The notes below the pieces were generated by a model that searched no databases, was not told the origin of the DNA, and worked only from the letters and a program-made list of their open reading frames with translations. A program made the translations under genes and the position numbers. Positions 56,362 to 64,000 of a stretch of DNA of 64,000 bases are shown one piece after another (within the stretch, counting starts at the first letter, position 1; every line of letters begins with the position of its first letter). Origin of the DNA: Octopus vulgaris (Eukaryota); assembly GCA_951406725.2 (NCBI GenBank), contig OX597818.1:117056001-117120000 (forward strand), read 5' to 3'.

Positions 56362-56745
56362 GTGGAGGCGCAATGGCCCAGTGGTTAGGGCAGAAGACTT
56401 GTGTCATAGGATCACGGTTTCGACTCACAGACCGAATGCTGTGAGTGTTTATTGAGCGAAAACACCTAAAGCTTCGCGAGGCTCCGGCAGGGGTTTGTGG
56501 TGAACCCTGCCGTATTCTTTCACCACAACTTTCTCTCACTCTTCCTTCCTGTTTCTGTTGTACCTGTATTTCAAAGTGCCAGCCTTTTCGCTCTCTGTGT
56601 CACGCTGAATCTCCCCGAGAACTACGTTAAGGGTACACGTGTCTGCCACCTACGTGCTCAACTACTTGCACGTTAAGTTCACGAGCAGGTTGCTCCGTTG
56701 TTTGGATCAACTGGAACCTTCGTCGTCGCAACCGATGGAGTGCCA
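56362..56745 (+). mobile_element. SINE family C, full length
   Basis: Runs from head to tail GGAACCTTCGTCGTCG...GGAGTGCCAC. Confidence 0.88.
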
Positions 56746-57479
56746 CATTATTTTTGTGATATGTAGTTAGCAGATAATATTTTGATAAGGATGTATCTAC
56801 TTCCCTGCTGGTATTTATTTAAGAGCAATATACGCCCTGCAACACGAAACAACCCTTCCTACTGGAAGCACGAGGCTTCAAATTTGGGGGAAGGGATTAA
56901 GTCGATTACATCGATTTTTTTAAAATCCGAAAGGATAAAGGGCAAAGTTGCCCTCTGCGGAATCTGAACCCAGAACCTAACGGCGAGCCAAATACCAATT
57001 GTTAACTGACAAGTAACAAATTCATATTATGAAAGTCTAGATGTTCACTAAAAAAATCACATTCTCAGTACAAATTGAAACCAGGAAAAAGGTAAATGAA
57101 TAAATAAAATAATCTTTTCTACTCTAGGTACAAGGCCTGAAATTTTGGTGGAGGTTCCAGGTGATTAGATCTGCCCCAGTACGCAATTGGTACTTAATTT
57201 ATCGATCCTGAAAGGATGAAAGACAAAGTCGACCTCGGCGGAATTTGAACGCAGAACGTAAAGACAGACGAATAGATAAAATAAAATATATGCGTTCCCC
57301 AGCTGGATGGGACGCCAGTCCATCGCAGCATTACTCATTTTTGCCAGCTGAGTGGACTGGAGCAACGTGAAATGAAGTGTTTTTCTCAAGAACACAACGC
57401 GTCGCCCGGTCCAGGAATCGAAACCACAATCTTACGCTCATGATGCTGACACCCTAACCACCAAGCAACGCGCCTCCAG

Positions 57480-57512
<33 letters not shown>

Positions 57513-58379
57513 CACACATATATATACTCATACAAATATAAGTGTTACCTTGCTTATTTGTTAACACGTGTACGCCTCTGGATTTTCGCATATTCCTACA
57601 AATAAGAATAAGAAATGCTGTACTAGGATTAGACGTTGTCACTGACTTTTCTTACATCCAATCGAACATTTGCCTGCTGGTAAAATTTCCGAGGCAGCAA
57701 ATGTCTTTCTAAAACGTGTTTGTATTCAGTTCAACATACTCAGCATCTTCGCGTATATCAAGCTGTTTCACTTCCTTAATCCATTTTGACATCCAATTGC
57801 AGGATTTGAATTACATAACATTTTTTTTTTATATTTTCAGATTTCAAAAAATATCCTGTAGTTGAATAGTTTCCTTTAATCCTAACATCCCTCCGTGAAA
57901 TCCGACCCTGTAATCAGCATTTTCCCGGATGTTAATCCCATTTGAAATTGTTAAAAGCAAAAGGTGTTTTGAAAGAAATAGAACGGATACATGGTACATG
58001 TCACTGATGTGAAAGAATTTTTTGTGTTCTTTCTGTTATCTGCTCAGTATTCTTCAATACCGATTTAGATTTGACACAAGAAATAGATAAACGTGTGCAG
58101 ATACATTAGCCTACCTGGTGATATAATTGCATATTCAATTATAATTTTTCTAATCTTTTAAACATTAAAACCACATGGCTTATACAAATACATGTGTGAG
58201 CTTACAGTCGCACATTTACAATATTTTCAGTCTGACTGACTGTTTTCTATCTCCCCACCCTCTCTCTCTCTGTTGTTGAATATTCCTTTCGTTCCTCTTT
58301 CGGAATCTGTTGTTATGGCATCATTCTATGAAGTAGATTCATAACGTAAATACATTTGATTACTTAAAGCAATTATATA

Positions 58380-58940
58380 GATGTTTTCGATCTAGTTTGG
58401 AATCTTTGCAATCAAATTTGAATTCTTTGAAATCAGATTTGAATTTTTCAATTGGTGCTCAAGCCTTGAAAAAAACAAAAAGAGTTAAACTACATCAGCC
58501 GTAAGGAAATAGATGTCTATCTTATCTAACTCGTCCAGTAGAGCCCACCAATTGATATCTGAAAAGTTCGATGAAATAACTCATGAACACTGTCATAGCT
58601 TCTGCCAAAAGATACTCCGTTCTGAACCGGTCTGAACGATGGGAGATAATAGAAGAAGAATCATTCGTTTATTATCTCCCCTTGTTCAGACTGATCAACG
58701 TAACGTAGCATCTTTTGGCAGAAGCTATGGCAGTGTTCATGAGTTATTTCATCGAACTTTTCAGATATCAATCGTTGGGCTCTACTGGACGAGTTAGAGA
58801 AGATAGACATGTATTCCCTTACGGCTGATGTAGTTTAACACTTTTTTTTTCAAGGCTTGAGCACTAATTGAAAAATTCAAATCTGATTGCAAAGAATTCA
58901 AATATGATGGCAAGGAATTCAAATTAGAGCGAAAACATCC
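58380..58940. repeat. ~560-bp near-perfect palindrome (foldback element)
   Basis: ~270-bp arms, GATGTTTTCG... and ...CGAAAACATC, closing at GGGAGATAATA-(~17 nt)-TATTATCTCCC. Confidence 0.9.
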
Positions 58941-59189
58941 TTATTAATTTCCTAACTGAAATACCGGCGTTTTTCAAGATCATGATTCCCGGAGTTACCG
59001 GTACCATCCTAAAGCAATATATCTTTTAGAACAGCTTCGTTAAAGTACACACAACGGGGTTTCAAATTAAGAAATCATTGTAGGATATTTTAGGGAAAAA
59101 AACAAAATAAAAATACGAATAAAAATATCAGGTGCATTCCAAAAGTTTTGAGACTTTTAAAAGAGTTATTTATTAATTTCAAAGTACAA

Positions 59190-60530
59190 AGCACTATCTC
59201 CTTCTTCGACTTGATGGAACGTCCCAGAGACTTAGTGAAGGGCTTCATGGGAGTCGTCCAAAGTGAAGATGTCAAGGATACTTATCACAGTCTTCTTCGT
59301 CTACTTAATGTTTTCCAAACGAGGGGTTCTTCAACTTAGGAAATAACCAAATGTCTCAGGGATGAAGGTCTGGAGGGTAAGGAGGTGACGTATAGTTTTG
59401 ATGCGAATCTCTGTCAAGTAGTTCGTTACCTTGATGGACTTATCAAGTGGTGCATTCTCTTGGTCCGGGTGAAACCGATCCGAGTGGACGTGTTGTAGGC
59501 TTTTGCGACGAAATATCTCCTTGAAGTCCGTCAAAATCTCCACAAATTACATTTTGGTGTCCGTCTGAAGGGACAATATGGGGAATGTAGATAAGGCACT
59601 TATTGACGGAAAAGGGGATCCTCAGAGGTCTCCCAGTGGACACGGCTACCTGGCCTTCTTGAATCTTGGCATTCCATCTCTTGGTCTCTAGTTCTGGATC
59701 ATAACACTAGTTCCAGTTTTCATCACAAATCACCAGATACTCAAGCGTTCTTCGACTAGAAGAAATTAACTCAACCATCTCCTTGCTGTCAGCAACACAT
59801 CTTCCCTTCTTTTTGTCATTGGTGACCCTAGAAACCATCTTTGCACAAATTTCACGCATGTTTAGTTCTCCGTTAGTAATTCAGAGTAAAATTTCCACAC
59901 CAAATCCAAACCGTATGCTGAATGTGTTTATATATTTCTTTACTACCCACAAAGGGGCTAAACATAGAGGGGACAAACAAGGACAGACAAAGGGGTTAAG
60001 TCGATTACATCGACCCATGTGCGTGACTGGTACTTTATTTATCGACCCCGAAAGGATGAAAAGCAAAGTCGACCTCGGCGGAATTTGAACTCAGAACGTA
60101 ACGACAGACGAAATACCTATTTCTTTATTACCCACAAGGGGCTAAACACAGAGGGGACAAACAAGGACAGACATAGGTATTAAGTCGATTACATCGACCC
60201 CAGTGCGTAACTGGTACTTAATTTGTCGACCCCGAAAGGATGAAAGGCAAAGTCGACCTCGGCGGAATTTGAACTCAGAACGTAACGCAGACGAAATACC
60301 GCTTAGCATTTCGCCCGGCGTGCTAACGTTTCTGCCAGCTCGCCGCTTTGCTGAATGTGTTTATTGACACATGACGGTCTTCATTCAGATAATCATGAAT
60401 TTTCTCCAACAGCTCTGATTCTGACGTCCGTCTTCCTCGCACAACTCTCCTCGTCTTTCACTCCCTCTCGACTAACCTTTGACCTCTTTTGACAACGATA
60501 AACAGTTGTTCAAATCATAGAAGTTAATCC
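59190..60530 (-). pseudogene. Decayed mariner (DD34D-type) transposase interrupted by a SINE dimer
   Basis: FHPDQENAP..SIKVTNYLTEIRIKTIRH resembles the mariner H.DNAP.H...YL...IKT..HPPYSPDL region. Confidence 0.7.
59933..60347 (-). mobile_element. SINE family B dimer with 16-bp TSD
   Basis: TSD TGCTGAATGTGTTTAT at 59916-59931 and 60349-60364. Confidence 0.92.
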
Positions 60531-60549
60531 ATGAGCGTTCTTGAGCATT

Positions 60550-61432
<883 letters not shown>

Positions 61433-61636
61433 CTATTCATCAATTTCTGTAGCATTTTCGTCCAGTTTAACACAAAGTTTATTGCATAGTGATTTTCCAA
61501 ATTATTTTCACGTACGGCTTGTATTCTGCAACATAGTCAGTTCTGATAAGTGCTGCTTTGTAGGCTGTGTTCAAAGTGTTGTCACAGCCGTCTACTTCAA
61601 TCTGGAATAAAATATTATTTTCTACTCCTGGCACAA

Positions 61637-61871
61637 GGAAACAGTGAGTAAAAATCTTGAGAAGTACATGGCAGAAATAGGTGCTGTAAAATGAGTGGAG
61701 CACTTGCAGAAAACAGCACTGCTTGGAACTGTTCGAATACTCCAGAAGGTGCTCGAAAAATATGGGTTGTTACCTTAGTTCACCGGTATGAAAAAGTGAC
61801 ACCATAGTACATCTCCAGAGATAGAAGCTGTGCAAAGACAATAAATAATAATAATAATAATAATAATAATG

Positions 61872-61932
<61 letters not shown>
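61637..61932 (+). mobile_element. 3' end of a Dong/R4-like RLE LINE with (TAA)n tail
   Basis: Translation TVSKNLEKYMAEIG...EHLQKTALLGTVRILQKVLEK, homologous to 53578-53856, followed by (TAA)n. Confidence 0.8.
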
Positions 61933-61974
61933 GGATTATTACGATGTTACATAGTATAACCATTAATTAATTTT

Positions 61975-63088
61975 ATATATACACAGCTTTACCTAGATCT
62001 ACACATGTTTCAACTGCACTGATTAGTAAACATTGCATTTGAAATCCTACTATAATACCGGTGCAGCTTCTTCAGGGATTTTATTTAATATCCTTCGACT
62101 TCACTATATGATGTAGAGTTGTTCGTTGCGTTAGACGCCAACAATCTTCAATTCAAGTTTTCATTGGATAATTACTTATAGCTCACTATTTGAAAAGTTT
62201 CTGCTTTTTAAATGCTTGTTTTTCATTTATACTGAGCAAATGTGAATTTCCTCATGTGCAAGCATCTCAAATCTTGCTCCTGTCTAGAATTTATTACATT
62301 ACACACAGATGTAAAAATTTGGTAAAACATTTCTAAGCATGAGTCACATTCTTTGTTTCTCCCTTTAATAGACCAAATTAATTTACTAAGACATGATTGG
62401 AATGTTTTATCTTTATCTCTAAATAAACTCAAATGATTTGTCTGTCTCCTCTTGAAAAGTAATGGTATCCCATCGTTGTAGACGTATTCCTTACTCTCAG
62501 ATACAATTTTACATCTATATATTACATTTTTGTCTTACATCTATTTTTCACGTAACAAGATTCCCGTTTAGAACAATTGCAAAGATAAGTTTATATGTTT
62601 ATCTCAGATTTAGTTTTAATTTGATCATTCATGGCAGAATCAATTTCCTTTCCAACAAGTTGTTTAATATTATTTACTCTTTTAGATAATGTTATCTTTG
62701 TCCTGTTTCGAGCTGAACTCTTATTCGATTCAACGTTATTAACGATGTTACATTAGGTTGTTTCCCTTTCAGTAACTTTTAAATTCTTAGCATTTTCTTC
62801 TATTTCACTTCTTTTGTCTTTTTATTACGTTTAACATTATTATGCTTAATATTTTCTACGCTACCCTGATTATAATAACTTTTTTCTAATTTTGATATTA
62901 TTTTTACATTATGTGTTGCTATAATTTGTGCAATATTTTTGTTAAGGCAATAAGCAATGCGGATTTTATGTGTATTAAAATTTCTATAATATTTATGATT
63001 GATTGGAAAATATTTTTCAATTGGTATATTGAACAATTAGGAAACATTATATTTTACTGGCTTACCAAATGGAATAATTAACCGTGAA
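61975..63088 (-). mobile_element. 5'-truncated, decayed Penelope-like element (RT C-terminal region + GIY-YIG endonuclease + 3' hammerhead)
   Basis: Translation IEKYFPINHKY..FN...IRIAY...NIAQIIATHN; LCNC....C....C..NVIY.C......YVY; FKRRQTNHLSLFR...LSKLIWSIK. Confidence 0.8.
61997..62079 (-). ncRNA. Hammerhead motif at the 3' end of the Penelope-like element
   Basis: ATCC-CTGAAGA-AGCTGCAC-(extended stem)-GTGCAGTT-GAAAC-ATGT-GTA-GAT. Confidence 0.75.
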
Positions 63089-63090
63089 AG

Positions 63091-63212
63091 CTTCGTGAAG
63101 CTTTTAGGTGTTTTCGCTCAATAAACACACACAACGCGCGGTCTGGGAATCGAAACCGCGATCCTCCGACCGCGAGTCCACTGCCCTAACCACTAGGCCA
63201 TTGCGTCTCCAC
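63091..63212 (-). mobile_element. SINE family C head
   Basis: Reverse complement of GTGGAGACGCAATGGCCTAGTGGTTAGGGC. Confidence 0.85.
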
Positions 63213-64000
63213 AGACGATGAAATACCAATCCATAAACAATAAAATAGCATATTACGGAAAAATCACCGCCAAAACAATTGCCATCAGAGCTCTAATTTA
63301 TTATGGTTAATAAAGCACTAAATAATTTTCTGTCTTAACGATCACAGTTCAAATTCTGCCGAGGTTGACTTTGCTTTTCATACTTTCAGGAGCACTGGGG
63401 TTGATGTAATCGAAGTATATCCTCCCCGAACTTGCTGGGTTTGTGTCAAAATCTGAAACCATTATAGGGTAAAACGATAATTGTACAATAACGATTATAT
63501 GTGAGTTGTTTTCTTTTCAGTTTTCCCAAACATACTGGTGTTCCATATATTCATCCCATTAATTTAATGGATACAATTTCTATTGTTTTGCTATGCATAT
63601 ATCTCCAATGAAGGGCGTGTGGCTTAACTCTTAGGATATTCGGTTTGCGATCATAGGGACGCGAGTTCAATTCTCGGCGATGCATTGTGTCCTTGAGCAA
63701 GAAGCTTTATTTCACATTGCTCCAGTTTACACAGTTGGCAAAATGAACAGTACTTGTATTCCAAAGGGCCGGCCTTGTCACAATCTGTGTCATACTGAAT
63801 CTCCCTAAGGGTACGCGTGTCTGTGAAGTGCTCAGCCACCCACACGTTAGTTTTACCAGCAGGCTGATTCGTTGTTGGAATCAACTGGAACCCTCGTCAT
63901 CGTAAACGACGGAGTACCCCTGAATATCGACAATAGATAATTTTACATACTGATGATATTAAAACGTTTCATTGCTTAAAAAGGCGCAAAATCTATCTAA

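Noticed and set aside
63946-63972. CTGATGATATTAAAACGTT hammerhead-like string
   Set aside because: No stem II, G12 is missing and stem I is absent; likely chance.

Overview
This is AT-rich eukaryotic non-coding DNA, most likely from an octopus or other cephalopod (inferred from the SINE families and microsatellite load). I can support no intact host gene, rRNA, tRNA gene or CRISPR array, and most ORF-track entries are microsatellite artefacts. The window holds: a 26-bp satellite (1-3107); a full-length but disabled Tx1-clade LINE inside (ATCT)n; RLE-type LINE 3' ends inside (TAA)n and (ATAC)n; a Penelope-like remnant with GIY-YIG and hammerhead; several decayed DNA transposons and foldbacks; and about 35 copies of three tRNA-derived SINE families. 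The main unexplained signal is more than 10 minimal type-I hammerhead-ribozyme motifs from several families. Two neighbouring elements (11.7-13.0 kb) carry a compensatory U3-A8 core. One of them is a 357-nt circularly permuted unit inserted as an inverted multimer with a 12-bp TSD, which makes it a candidate circRNA retrozyme mobilised by Penelope-like elements. All ribozyme activity is inferred by eye, not tested.
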